DNA from: Octopus vulgaris
Lineage: Eukaryota
NCBI GenBank assembly: GCA_951406725.2
Contig: OX597817.1
Coordinates: 116,498,001-116,562,000, forward strand
Reading direction: 5' to 3'
DNA length: 64,000 nt
Made by a program: the position numbers and the translations under genes
Notes under the pieces: generated by a model
The model's input: only the letters and a program-made list of their open reading frames with translations
Told to the model about the DNA's origin: nothing
The model's database searches: none
Part shown: piece by piece, positions 26,018-39,631 of the stretch
Position numbering within the stretch: position 1 is the stretch's first letter
Layout: each line of letters starts with the position of its first letter

Positions 26018-27313
26018 TACGAGGGGCGTTCAATAAGTAATGCCCCTGACCCACTTCCCATAGCAGTAGGGCAACAAAACTTGGCACAATTATTAGTTTT
26101 TTTCTACATAGGAACTATCCAGAGTTACGTATTTCTCCCATCGTTTGATGCAGCTCTGGAGACCGGTTTTGTAGAAGACCCCAGCTTGGACCTCCAGCCA
26201 CGATGTGTCTTCAGAAATCACGGCTGCATCATCTGGGAAATGCTTTCCTTTCAAAAACAACTTCATGGCTGGGAAGAGGTGAAAATTAGAGGGTGCAAGG
26301 TCAGGAGAGTAGGGGGATGGGGGAGGAGTTCATAGCCGCACGCCTGTGCTTCTGATCTGGCGACACGTGAGTTGTAGACCGGAGTGTTGTCCTGCAGGAG
26401 GAGGATGCCTTTGCTGATCTTGCCCCGCCCCTTGATTTTGATAGCTTCTCTTAATTTCCTCAAAAGTGAAGCATAGGAGGCTCCTGTAATTGTGGTACCC
26501 TTTGCCAGGAAATCTGTCATCACTACTCCGTCCTGGTCCCAGAAGACTGTGAGCATGACCTTGCTAGCGGAGGGCTGCACCCTTGCCTTCTTTGGAGGAG
26601 GTGAGTCACGGTGCTTCCACTGCATTGACTGGGCTTTGGTCTCTGGATCATAGTGATGGACCCAGGTTTCATCCTGTGTAATCAGTCTTTTGAAAAATGT
26701 TGACTCATCTTCTTGGCACATCTCCAAATTCATCCTCGAGCATTCGACGCGTTCTTGCTTCTGAAAAGGTGTGAGCAACCTGGGAATCCATCTGGCAGAT
26801 ACCTCTTGCATATGCAAATGGTCATGAATGATAGTTTCCACAGACCCGGTATTAATCTTGACCTCATGGGCTATTTGGCGAATAGTTATGCGTCGATCTT
26901 ACAAAATGGCAGCCTCAACTTGACGGACAGATGCCTCATCAATGGCAGAAGGGGGGGTATCAGATCCGTGAGCTGTTTCCACAGAATTCCGACCATGTTT
27001 GAATTCATGATGCCAGCGTTTTACAAAGTCATATGATGAGGCATCATCACCATAAGTTACTTTCATTTCATCAAAAGTCTCCCGTGGTGTGCGTCCTTTC
27101 AAATACAAAAACCGGATCACTGCTCGACACTCAACAGACTCCACTTCGCACCTGACTCAGTTCAAACACTTGTAAATAAGAAACCACAATTAGTTCAGAG
27201 CTGTAATTTGCCACCTAATCTATAGAGATAGAAATAATTGCACATGCAAAATTTCAGCTACATCAAACAAACGCAAGTGGGTCAGGGGCATTACTTATTG
27301 AATGTCCCTCGTA
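26018..27313 (-). mobile_element. mariner transposon (irritans-like), frameshifted transposase
   Basis: TA TSDs; ~37-bp TIRs cgaggggcgttcaataagtaatgcccctgacccactt. ORFs 26899-27144 and 26263-26841: ARWIPRLL, ITQDETWVHHYDPETK, VFWD, LQDN. Confidence 0.95.
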
Positions 27314-27339
27314 TAAACTGATATTTTGAGAACGGCGTT

Positions 27340-27600
27340 TATCTTTTACTTGTTCAGTCATGAAACTGCAGCCATGTCGGGGCACCGCCTTGAAGACCTT
27401 TAGACGAACGAATTGACCCCAATACTTGCATTTTTATTTCAATTTTATGGCTGATAATTATACTTTCTCTTTTACTGAACCGCTAATAATACCGGGCGTA
27501 AATACAGCAACACAAGTTGTCAAGCGGCGGAGGGGGGGTAAATACACACACACACACACACACACAAACACGCACGCATACACACACACACACACACACA

Positions 27601-27691
<91 letters not shown>

Positions 27692-27850
27692 GATATGTTA
27701 TTTTAGATTTCGTCTACCAATTCCACTTATAAAGCTTTAGTCAGCCCGTGGTTATAGTAAAAATCACTTCTCCGATTAAACACTCAGTAGGACAAAACCT
27801 GCCTTGCAACTAAATATTTGGGAAGTAAATCTCTTATCGCTCAGCCATGC
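27340..27850 (-). mobile_element. SINE family A, diverged
   Basis: Reverse-complement match to 392-822 with an expanded internal microsatellite. Confidence 0.75.
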
Positions 27851-28224
27851 TTGTCCCTATGTACATTTATAATACATGAAATGCAATTATGAGTTTATTT
27901 CAATATGAGAGCAAAAATTATACGCCTTACAGAATCTTTAAATAAGAACATTCAGAACGCTTCCACTATTTAATAAATTTACAAACAACAAAATTAAAAT
28001 ATATAGATATATATCGCATGCCTTCATTTATATCATTTGTTGTGTTTAGATGAATATTTTGTTAAAATGTGAGAGATAAATATGTAGGCTTACAATAATG
28101 AAAAACTGAAACCCATTACGTTAAGTATATTTATATTTTGCGATATAACATGCCATCTCATTTAATGATTTGGTTATATTGAGGTATATTATATGTATAT
28201 TATATATGCATATGTTTATGAGTG

Positions 28225-28255
<31 letters not shown>

Positions 28256-28328
28256 GTGTGTGTGTGCGTGTGTATATTTATATATATGCATTTATACATG
28301 TATATATATATGTATTTATTTTATAAAG

Positions 28329-28360
<32 letters not shown>

Positions 28361-29041
28361 ATACACTTATATGCTTGCTTTATACTGTTATACATAAAAA
28401 CAAAGGGACATTAAATAATTACTTAGTACATTTTTTATAAAGTACATACATATTATTTGGTACAAGGAAAATCTTTACGATGATTCCGAAGTTTCGGTTA
28501 TCCGTGGCCTTCACTGAATAGATTGATGAGTCTGAGGGAACCGAACTTCAAGATCCTTAGCATCTTTTTCTTTGTGAACGTTTACAATGGACACACGTAC
28601 ATATATGTAAGTATATATATATATATTCTACTTTCTATGCTCTACGTTATATATTTTCATAATTACTGGTAGTTTTATATGCTATATATTATGTATGTAA
28701 AGTATAATATATTATACATGTATACATATTGTTATAATTGTTTTTGCTTAATAAATAGAGATAATATAATGTCTAAAAGTTGATGGCTACCACCTCTCGA
28801 TCCACTCCATTTCCTTATTGCTGTATAAATTAACGGTAAAACAACTATTTTACCCTCACGCATTTATCACATTCAGTAGTGTAATTAGCATGTAATGACA
28901 AAACACTTATGTATTGATAATTGGGTATTCAACAAGCAATACATTTGATAGATATCCCTTAGTTGGTTGCATTCACAACCACTAAATCTCTTGGAATTAT
29001 ATATATATATAATATATTTATATATATATGTATATATATAT

Positions 29042-29484
29042 ATATATTAATAAAAAGAATTCCAACCTTGTCTGATTTTCACGTTTTATTTACAATCTTA
29101 TAATGATATATTATAAGATAATATATTATAATTGAATAAAATAAAATGAAATAGTAGAATGTTAAATATTCATTCTGATTGAACTAGTACTTTCATGCAT
29201 TGAATTCTGCAATCTTCGGGTTCATGTAGTAGTGTTGACAGTCATGCTTCACAATTTTTGACAGTCAAAAATTGTGAAGCATGACTGTCAACACTACTAC
29301 ATGAACCCGAAGATTGCAGAATTCAATGCATGAAAGTACTAGTTCAATCAGAATGAATATTTAACATTCTACTATTTCATTTTATTTTATTCAATTATAA
29401 TATATTATCTTATAATATATCATTATAAGATTGTAAATAAAACGTGAAAATCAGACAAGGTTGGAATTCTTTTTATTAATATAT
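29042..29484. repeat. perfect 443-bp palindrome (221-bp arms, 1-nt spacer at 29263)
   Basis: Arms are exact reverse complements as read by eye; lies in (TA)n context. Confidence 0.95.
29302..29346 (+). ncRNA. minimal type I hammerhead-like motif (mirror copy at 29180-29224 on - strand)
   Basis: TGAAC-CCGAAGA-T-TGCA(gaattcaa)TGCA-T-GAA-AGTACT-A-GTTCA. Stems I and II present, stem III palindromic; core has C at U4. Confidence 0.6.
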
Positions 29485-29508
29485 TCTTCTATACACAATC
29501 ACACACAC

Positions 29509-29618
<110 letters not shown>

Positions 29619-29963
29619 GTGTGTATGTATATATAGTCTGAGAGAGAGAGAGAGAGAGAGAGAAGAAAGAAAGAAAGATACAGAAATATATAGATAGATA
29701 AATCAACTTAGAAGGTTATGGTTGGTTGGGGCCTTAGTAGAAGACACCCTAGCTGCTAAGAGTTAGTACTGACTCGGACCAACGTTACCCACGATTGGGA
29801 AACTGACTTCTTACCACACGGCAATATGCAGCTACTCAGCCGTATGTATGTGCAGCAAAATTGTGATGCACTGGAAGAAAGTTGCCATAATCAGAGTGAA
29901 GTTATATTGAACAAAAGCATCCATATTTGCTAATATATGTTTCAATTACAAAAATATTAACAA

Positions 29964-30039
<76 letters not shown>

Positions 30040-30805
30040 CATATTGGCAATTATTATTCTACCCAAATGAACTGATGTCTATTTGTATGCATACATCTGT
30101 ATATGCATCTTCACGCGTGTTAAATTATTTTTATATTATTATATTTCCCAGCTTCTGTAAATCATCTGATGTGATTCAAGAAAAAGTTATATAACATATC
30201 CATATAATGAAGAAAGATAAAAGTAATGTGTCTTCTTCAGTTTCTTTTACAATAATTCTCGTCACATATGATTATATTTAAAATTTGCTTGAAAGGTTTA
30301 AAGGAATAAAAATCTATGCTCTTATTGTGAAATATACATGAATATTCATACATATTACTTGAGCACACATTCCTTCATAGCCATATGTAAAGTTTTCTTG
30401 TGTCCTTATATTACGTATTTACCTGTTTGTGTATATCATATTTATTCTTAAGTGTGAACAGAAAATACTTCTAAGCAAGTTACATTTCCTCGATGTACTG
30501 TCGCATCTTCCTGCTAAAAGATACAATTGTATTTGTCATACTTTACAAACATGCTAAATACAGTTGGAAGAAATGTGTTTTATAAATTTTAAAAAAATAA
30601 ATTCACGTCAGAGCAAAGTATAGAATATGTATTTTCCTAAAAAATTTCAAAAATACAAATATCAAGATATTTTCAAAACGAATTTATTCCGCTTGCAAAA
30701 GCGACAATCGCACGTATTACTGTGTATAATGTGACCAGTACTTCTTAATAAATATGCGAAATACACGTACATGTCTCTACATACATACATTCAAACATAC
30801 ATACA

Positions 30806-30837
<32 letters not shown>

Positions 30838-31246
30838 CATACATATATATATGTGTGTATATATGTACATATATATATAATTATATATATAGATAGATAT
30901 AAATATATGTATATATATATATATATACATTCATACATACATGCATAAACACACACACACATACACATATATATATCGATATGAGAAAAGTGCATTGCTC
31001 AAATTACTATATTTCAGTAAGCATTTTGTTTTTTCCTTTTTCAAGATACCATAGTTTGTACAGGTTGAACTCCGAGACTGTTGGTGACATGTTGCTGAGG
31101 CAATACAATAATTTCCAACCAGGATCGACGTCGATAGTTCATATCTTGGTAAATGCACTTGGCAAAAGTAATATCAAGTGCAGCACATTTCAAACAAAAT
31201 TAAATTTCGAACTAAAAACAGCTCTAATAATGTAAACATTATTGGT

Positions 31247-31303
<57 letters not shown>

Positions 31304-32084
31304 TGTGTGTATGTATTTGAACGCTAAACCACAGGAAATTGGTATATAATCAAAACGTAGAGAAGAACTGCAATGATAGTGAAATATCGATATGTACCAT
31401 TTTCGCTCTTCTCAATTGGTCTCAACTGGGATATTCATTGTTCTTTAACCCCTGGTTTTATGCAGGGAGCTTTCTCCGGACGCTGTTCCGCAGCAAATTG
31501 GCGTATGAACAACTACATACACAGTGTATGTACGACCGTTAATCTTTACATATGTGTGTGTGTGAAAGTACGCAAATTCTCATATAAAACATAGATATAT
31601 GTACTTGCGTTTGTATACATACGACCGTCAGTGTTTTGGTACACGTGTGCACGCCTATTCCTACATGTAGAATACACTGAATCAGATGGGAAAAACAAAA
31701 ATATACAAAAAAAGAAAACAAAAGGTGATGTTTTGTGGCATCACATATCGATATGAGTTTAACCTCTTGATTTACGGTTCATGAACTTTATTGTGTTCAT
31801 TAGTGGTCTATTCAAAAATATCTTGGATTCCATTCAGAACATAACTTAAGTTTCTGATACTTAATAAGGAAGTCCGTAGCGTAACATACACAGTGTTTAC
31901 TAACAGGTATTACGAATGGAAAACAAAGTAAAAAATGAATGAGATGGTATAAGTATGACAACACTGCACCTATATATACATCAGTTTCCTTTATAGAATT
32001 TATTTCAACTATTCTTCTACCTTTCTTTTAATCGTGTCAATCATCAGAGTACAAATGTGTTGGGTTTATCGCCTAGAACAGTCT

Positions 32085-32395
32085 TAGGAGAACGAAATGA
32101 CTTTAGTACTTATTTTTTTAAAGCCTGGGACTTATTCTATCCATATATTTCGGCAAACCGCTAAATCTCGCGGACATTAGCAAACCAAGATCACTTGTCA
32201 AGCGGTGGTAGGCTAAAAAATAAGCACAAATACGCGCACACGTATGCGGTAAGTTCCTTCTGGTTTTTGTCTACCAAATCGACTCATACGTCTTTGGTCG
32301 GCCCAAGGCTATTGGCTATGGTAGATGATATTTGTCCAAAGGGCCTCGCAGTAGGAATAATGTAACTGGGAAGCGAACTTCTTAACATACTGCCA
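32085..32395 (-). mobile_element. diverged SINE family A
   Basis: acttattctat...ggcaaaccgctaa...gtctaccaaatc...ggtcggcccaaggctat. Confidence 0.65.
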
Positions 32396-33469
32396 TCAAT
32401 CCTAAATGTGTAATAAAACTCTTTATACCTATGGGGAAGTGTGTGTAATTCAATGAACCGACATTAAAACGCCATGCAATATATATGAACTGCTAGTTTA
32501 AAATGAAATTTTGCTAAACCGATTTCTTTAACTAGCTGCAATGCTTTTAAGTGAGAAAAGCAGTCAACTAAGTACTACCAATAACTTTCTTTTATAGAAA
32601 AACATCTTCTTTCCGACGTATGCTAAAATAAATATAAATAACCTGAAAGTTTTTAAACTTCCGTAATATTTCAGCTATATAATTTTTGGAAAATGTTTTC
32701 AAGTAATTTTCCTGCTTTTTCCATTTTGTTCCAGGTTATTTATTTAAAGGCAGCTTAAATAAATATTGCAAGTTAATTGTCAGAGTATAAAACGTATATT
32801 TTTAATTCCGTTCATCTAAAATTCAACACACCGACAAGAGAGTTTACATATTAAACAACCACTTCCTATGATGAATGTTAAGAGCTTCATTTTTGTAATT
32901 TTAATCAAAAGCAGCTGCTTTATTTTCGCTAATTGCATCCATTTGGGATAACAGCAGTTGCAGTAAATAGACTGCTCAATTAGCAATTTTAACTGTTTAG
33001 CTGCTGCATTTCTCTGCATGAATACTAAACAATAGTCATTGTATACTCTTGTATTTAATAGTATCAGTAAAATATTCCCTCTCTCAAGTATTTTTCAACG
33101 TTGTGTTAGTTTTAGTTTTATTACACTATAGTTTCATTTGCATCTTTATTATGCGATGTCTGATGATGACTTAAGTGAGGGAACTAGAGTTTTCCAGTTC
33201 AAAACCTTTGAAAGTATAAGAACAGGAAATTAAGCAGAACTGCTTCGAATAAAGAAATTACAAAAAAAATATATCATAATATATTTCCAGATATTATACG
33301 TACTATATTATCTGTTGAAGTATACCTTTAATTATTTTCTAGATTAAAAGTTTATTTGTGAATTCCCATTTAAATTTGTTACGAATCTTTTTCTTGCATC
33401 GCATTCGCTTCTTGTTTCCTCCATGGAATTTTCTAAAGACATTCTTTAGTAGCAATAATTTCATATTCT

Positions 33470-33676
33470 TTTATCTCTTTCAGTCATTTGAAGGCGGTCA
33501 TGCTGTCGAGGAAATCGACCACATGACTTATTCTTTGTAAGCCTAGTACTTATTCTGTCGGTCTCTCTTGCCGAACCGCTTAATTACGGGGACGTAAACA
33601 CATCAGCGTCGGTTGACAAGCAATGTTGGGGGGACAAACACAGACACACAAACATATACATACACACGCACACATA

Positions 33677-33743
<67 letters not shown>

Positions 33744-33890
33744 GACGAGCTTCTTTCAGTTTCCGTCTACCAAATCCACTCACAAGGCTTTGTTCGGCCC
33801 GGATCTATAGTAGAAGACACTTGCCCAAGGTGCCACGCGGAACCATGTGTTTGGTAAGCAAGCTACTTACCATACAGCCATTCCTGCACC
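33470..33890 (-). mobile_element. SINE family A
   Basis: High similarity to the reverse complement of 392-822. Confidence 0.85.
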
Positions 33891-33969
33891 TATAAAATGG
33901 TACAGTCTACGTTAGCAGAATTTGAACCTTTTTGAACCTTTTTGTCGTGGGCGTGTTAACGATTCTTTG

Positions 33970-34200
33970 TTCTTTATTGCCCACAAGGGGCCAAACACAG
34001 AGGGGACAAAAAAGGACAGGCAAAGGGATTAAGTCGATTACATCGACCCCAGTGCGTAACTGGTACTTAATTTATCGACCCCGAAAGGATGAAAGGCAAA
34101 GTCGACCTCGGAGGAATTTGAACTCAGAAGGTAACGGCAGACGAAATACCGCTAGGCATTTCGCCCGGTGTGCTAACGATTCTGCAAGCATGCTGCCATA
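33970..34200 (-). mobile_element. SINE family B
   Basis: Full reverse-complement match to 12719-12943. Confidence 0.85.
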
Positions 34201-34569
34201 CGCAAAATTCCTGTTCAAATTTTTTCAGGGATACGGGACAGCTCTCTATAAGGATTCTTTACTATAATACACGCTACCCACGACACAACCAACTGAGAAG
34301 CTTTCGCATGGTCACTCACCTGCAATAAAGACAAAGCTTCAAACAACAGCCTTCCTTCTTAAAAATATTCCAAATTGCCCGTATATATTTTTACGGTTAC
34401 TCCTTCGTAAAACAAAAACTCAAGTTACAAGAACTTACGAAACAATAGCTAGAAATTTTCTACACTCTGTCATTCAGTGTTATGACTGACGAAGCCATTC
34501 ATATTGGCAGTAACATTTTTATTGACAAAATGAGATTAAATCTTTGTATAATTGCGGCAAGAATATCTT

Positions 34570-34990
34570 TTATCTTTCATCTTTTACTTGATTCATTTTT
34601 TACTTGACTGCGGCCATTCTGGGGAACATCCCTGAAGGGTTTTAGTCGAACAAATCGACCCAAAGACTTACGTTTTAAATCCTGGTAGTTATTTTATCGG
34701 CTTCTTTTGACCTACTGCTGAGTTACGGAGACGTAAACATACTAACATCGGTTGTCGAGCGGTGATGGGGGACAAACACAGATGCAAAAACACATACACA
34801 TAGATATATATACGCATATATATATACATCGGGCTTCTTTCAATTTCTATATATCAAATCCACTCACAAGGATTTAGTCGGCCCGAGGCTATAATAGAGG
34901 ACACTTGCTCAAGGTGCTATGCAGTGGGACTGAACCAGGGACTATTTGATTCAGAAACAGGATTCTAACTACACAGTCATATTTGCACCT
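34570..34990 (-). mobile_element. SINE family A
   Basis: Reverse-complement match to 392-822. Confidence 0.8.
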
Positions 34991-35429
34991 ACATTTATGA
35001 TTTAATCTTTGTAAGTTATTTTAATTTTGCATTACCTTTGCACATAGGATTATATATAGTTTTCAGTAATGCTATATGGATGAGATGCTTTCTTGTCTGC
35101 TACCTATTGTATCTTACATCACCGTTTAAAACCCGGTTTTGATTTCTTTACGTGCCCGTAGAATAAGTGTTCATCGTTAAAAAAATCAATAGAATAACTA
35201 CGAGGCTTATAAAGTGTTGGGAGCAATACTTTCGACTAAAACACTTCGTGGCGGTGCACCAGCATAGTCGGAGTCCAATAGTCCAACGACTGAAACAAAG
35301 TAAAATATAAATATGTGTGTGCCTGAGTGTGTTTATGTATGTATATGTGTATGTATGTGTATGTGTGTGCTTGAGTTTGCCTGGCAATGAGCATGGTCTC
35401 TGGTGCAAACTTTTGTTCATTAATTAATT

Positions 35430-35625
35430 ATTAGGTTCAAATTTATGCACAAGGCCATCAAATTATGGGAAGACTATATGTCGATTACATTGACCCCACT
35501 GTCTACTGGTCCTAGTTTTATCGACCCTGAAATGATGAAAAGCAAAGTCGACCTCGGTAGAATTTGAACTTAGAGACGGGCGAAATACCGCTAAGCATTT
35601 TGCCCGACCACCAGCTCACTGTCTT
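35430..35625 (-). mobile_element. SINE family B, diverged
   Basis: gcaaagtcgacctcggtagaatttgaact...gaaataccgctaagcattttgccc. Confidence 0.7.
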
Positions 35626-36302
35626 AGTATGCAAGATTTGGGGCTAATGTATTTACTAGTTACATTCCATAAGATTCCCTATCCAAAATGCTCAACCAAC
35701 GAGTGATTGTTGAACATTCTAAATGATATATAATTTTTTGTAGCATACAAAACAATTTTGTAGAAATTCTACGTCATATGACGGCTAAATTTCCTAGTTA
35801 AACGACAAAAGGGATATTTTTCAAACATCTGCATAGAATCGCATGTGATATAATTAAAAATTGAACATTCTTAAAAAAAGTATTTCTTCTGATTTTAGCT
35901 TAGATGTATTAATCTAAGCTGAAGCAATATCGGAAATTTTCGAAACCAATATCAATATGCACAAACCCAATAACGAATCCCAAGCTGTATGTTTCAACGA
36001 TTATTTTAAATAATGAGAGCTATGAAACTAAAAATATTAATCTAATGAAATATAACACGGTGCAATAATAATAATATTATCATTATGAAATGTAAACTGC
36101 GTAAATTAGAGTGGCCACGTTCGATAAATTAGTGCAACCATCTAAGCTTTCGGTTGTTTGACTGCTATAATTGGGATGCTGAATTTTAGCAGCAATTTTC
36201 GCATGCCGCGTTTACAGAATGGCAGAAGAACAGTCTAATAATTGCTGCCAACAACATAATAGGTTTTCACTGAATTCTAAATCCGTATTCCTTTTTCCCT
36301 CG

Positions 36303-36600
36303 AGTTAACTAAAGCCAAGTCCCACTTAAATATTTTGCTTCATTGAAGGCAATTTTCATATACTATGGCAAAACTCCCTAAAGTCAGGCGAAATATAATT
36401 TACATTGCGTGTAAAACCTCAAATCGACCTACCTGAATTTCATCTCATCGTTATAGTTAACTAAAGCCAAGTCCCACTTAAACATTTTGCTTCATTGAAG
36501 GCAATTTTCATATACTATGGCAAAACTCCCTAAAGTCAGGTGAAATATAATTTACATTGCGTGTAAAACCTCAAATACCTGAATTTCATCTCATTGTTAT
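36303..36600. repeat. recent ~152-bp tandem duplication
   Basis: Units start at 36303 and 36455; near identical apart from a small deletion and a few substitutions. Confidence 0.9.
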
Positions 36601-37214
36601 AAAAAAATCTGAAGTGTTTCATAAGCCCTAAGGTATTTTACGGGTTGCAGTTCAGTTTCTATTGGACGGTTTTAAGTAGATGCGAAACATATCCTCTAGA
36701 TATGAATCATTCCAAAATTTGTTTTGTAGAGCGAAATGAATTTAGATATAGCTGCTATTGCAATTATTGGAGTCGTTTAGCCACTGGTCAGTTTTAAATA
36801 TACAGTCACATAATCAAATTCTTTTCGGTTGAGTCCATCCCGTTACTTTCCCAGATTCAGTGAATCTAGAGAAATGGTGTGAGATATGAGGAATCTTTGA
36901 CAGCCATATCTAGCAAGTCCAGCTTTCATGAAAGGTAAAAATGATTCCAGCAAGATTATTCAGAAACAGAAATGCCACTAAGCTTTTTGTTCGACGCGCT
37001 ACTATTTCTGCCGACTCGATACAATTTTAACAGGTTTAGGGCAGAAGGCCAGGAAATTTTAATAGATGTTGTAAGTAGATACTATTGATTCCAGTACTTA
37101 GATGGTTCTTTAATTTATCGAAATCGGGAGGATTAAATGAAGGTAGAAGGCCGGGACAAGTGTCACAATTCCTTAACGACGACGATGCCTACAACAACAA
37201 GAATAATATGAAAT

Positions 37215-37400
37215 TTCAAATTTTGGCACAAGGCCAGCAATTTTGGGAGATTGTGTAAATCGATTACATCGACGCCAGTACTCATCTGGTAATTATTTTA
37301 TCGACTCCGACGGATGGACGGTAAAGTCGACCTCGGTACAATTTGAACTCAAGCGTAAAGATGGAAGAATGCCACAAAGCATTAGTCGGCTCACCGCTTT
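37215..37400 (-). mobile_element. SINE family B, diverged
   Basis: ttttggcacaaggccagcaatttt...aaagtcgacctcggtacaatttgaactc. Confidence 0.7.
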
Positions 37401-37422
37401 AATAACAATAATGATAATAATG

Positions 37423-37481
<59 letters not shown>

Positions 37482-37614
37482 AATAATAATAATGATAATA
37501 ATAATAATAATAATAATAATGATGATGATGATGATGATGATGATAATAATAATAATGATAATAATAATAATTAGAAGAAAAAGAATAAGAATATAACAAT
37601 GAGCCTAGTGTTTA

Positions 37615-37672
<58 letters not shown>

Positions 37673-38399
37673 CATATATGTCCAAAATCACGCAGGACGG
37701 AGCAGGAGAGAAAATAGTAATTCAGTGAAGGGGAGGTAGTGAGAATAATAGCCCTGACTGAGAGGCAGTGACAGAAAGTAATAACCATGAGAGAAAGGAA
37801 GTGGCAAAGAGCGCGTCGTGTATCTTCTGTTTTTCTCCGTCACATATGAGAAAGGAAGGGGTGATTGATGAATGACTAAGGATGGGTTGAAAAATCATGA
37901 ACGTTTCAATTCTGTGTGAGTATATCAGGGTGTATGTAAAAGGGAGTTATGTAAATGTTTGTGTGTGCGTGTGTGTGTGTGGGTGTTTGTGTGTGTTTGT
38001 GTGTGTGTGCAATGGAAATGGGACGCTGAAAGTTCAACGCTGAAAAAATCAAACAGCGTTTCAACTCTGTGTGAGTATATGTGTGTATATGTGTGCGTGT
38101 ACAAGGGAGGTATGTGAATGAACGTGAACATTAACATAATTTACCATCCATAATTTACTATCTATATCTTCTACTATAATAATACTCTTATGTATTTATC
38201 CGCCACAAAATAGGAACCAGAAAGGAAGGGGTGATACAGGAATAAACTGGCAAAAGAAAGAACTGATGAACATGGATACGAAGACAAAAATATATTGACA
38301 GTGCACTGAGCCATCCATCCTAAAAGTGACACAGATAAGCTGTACTTGTCTAGAAGAAAGGATGTCTCTCGACACTCATCTTGAGGATGCTTGGCTGAA

Positions 38400-39290
38400 G
38401 ACAGTTACCTCCAGTAGCACTATCACGCTAGGGATTTCTAGAGATTTTCCATTGGCTCCTGCCCGAAATTCCTTCAGAATAAACAAGCCAGTAGATTTTT
38501 GCCCACGCCTGCAGTCTTCCCAAAGAAGGTCGTTGCTCATAGCGGCCGCTGGCCTACATGGAACACGAAAGTGGAATTTCTAACAATCGCATAGCCCGAC
38601 TTGTAGGGAAGTGTGAAAGCCTGACGAAATTGCAGTTACTAAGTTCCCTGTCTTCGTATTTGCTGGACCTAGAACTGCTTCGCTGTCAAAGGATCGATCT
38701 TGGGAAACACATGCATCAAAAACGCCGACTATACCTCTTCCTTGACAGGGAAATGAGAAATGTACCTCAGTCACAGCGTATGTTTGTATAGTATTTCCTA
38801 TAGTATGTCCGGTCCTCAAGTCAACGAATATTGATAACAAATATAACGTCTGTCCAGAGGAATGCCTTCCTTACATAGAAAATGAAAGAACAGATGTTCT
38901 TGTCTCTTCAGATGTGAAATGGTTAGGTACAACGATCAAGCATATTATGAGGCAGTTGCGATCTAAAAGTTTGCAATTCTGCTCATCCTTTCACGAATAA
39001 CGGCCTCTCAAACCCTTTGTAGATGAGACTGACCACCTTCTTTGTCTCCTCGTTCCAGTTCTTTCCCAATTTGAGTGTTCAACCAAATAATACCTCGAAT
39101 TCTCTTGAGTTAGGAAATAAACAAGTCTTCATTTCAATAAAACGCTTCCAGCAAATCAGAGTGAATTTAGTCCCTTTTCTCTTTAAAATTCTGTATCAAC
39201 TACTGAGGTACCTACTTTATACACCCTTTTCCAATACTCAGTCTTCCACCAACTCTGTAAAGCTTTGTCACGAAATTTCAGTTCCGTAGC
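38400..39290 (-). pseudogene. decayed L1/Tx1-type ORF2 fragment
   Basis: Minus-strand remnant VLFG*TLKLGKNWNEETKKVVSLIYKGFERPLFVKG*AE resembles the post-RT 'W..R.LS.KGR' region of Tx1/L1. Confidence 0.5.
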
Positions 39291-39398
39291 AAAGTCATGG
39301 ATCATGACATATGTGTCTGCACGGATTAATTCGTCCACTCACCGCTGACTCGTGTCAATGTTGGCAGCTGACAGAATACCATGATTTTCTTCAATACC

Positions 39399-39631
39399 TA
39401 TTTCTTGACTACCCACAAGGGGTTAAACACAGAGAGGACAAACAAGAACAGACAAATGAACTAAGTCAATTATATCGACCCCAGTGCGTAACTGGTACTT
39501 ATTTAATCGACCCCGAAAGGATGAACAGCAAAGTCGACCTCGGCGGAACTTGAACTCAGAACGTAACGGCAGACGAAATACCGCAAAGCATTTCGCCCGG
39601 CGTGCTAACGTTTCTGCCAGCTCGCCGCCTA
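39399..39631 (-). mobile_element. SINE family B with 15-bp TSD
   Basis: TSD attttcttcaatacc at 39384-39398 and 39632-39646. Confidence 0.9.

Noticed and set aside
34483-34515. CTGACGAAGCCA...TGGC hammerhead-like start
   Set aside because: No GAAA core and no stems I/III.
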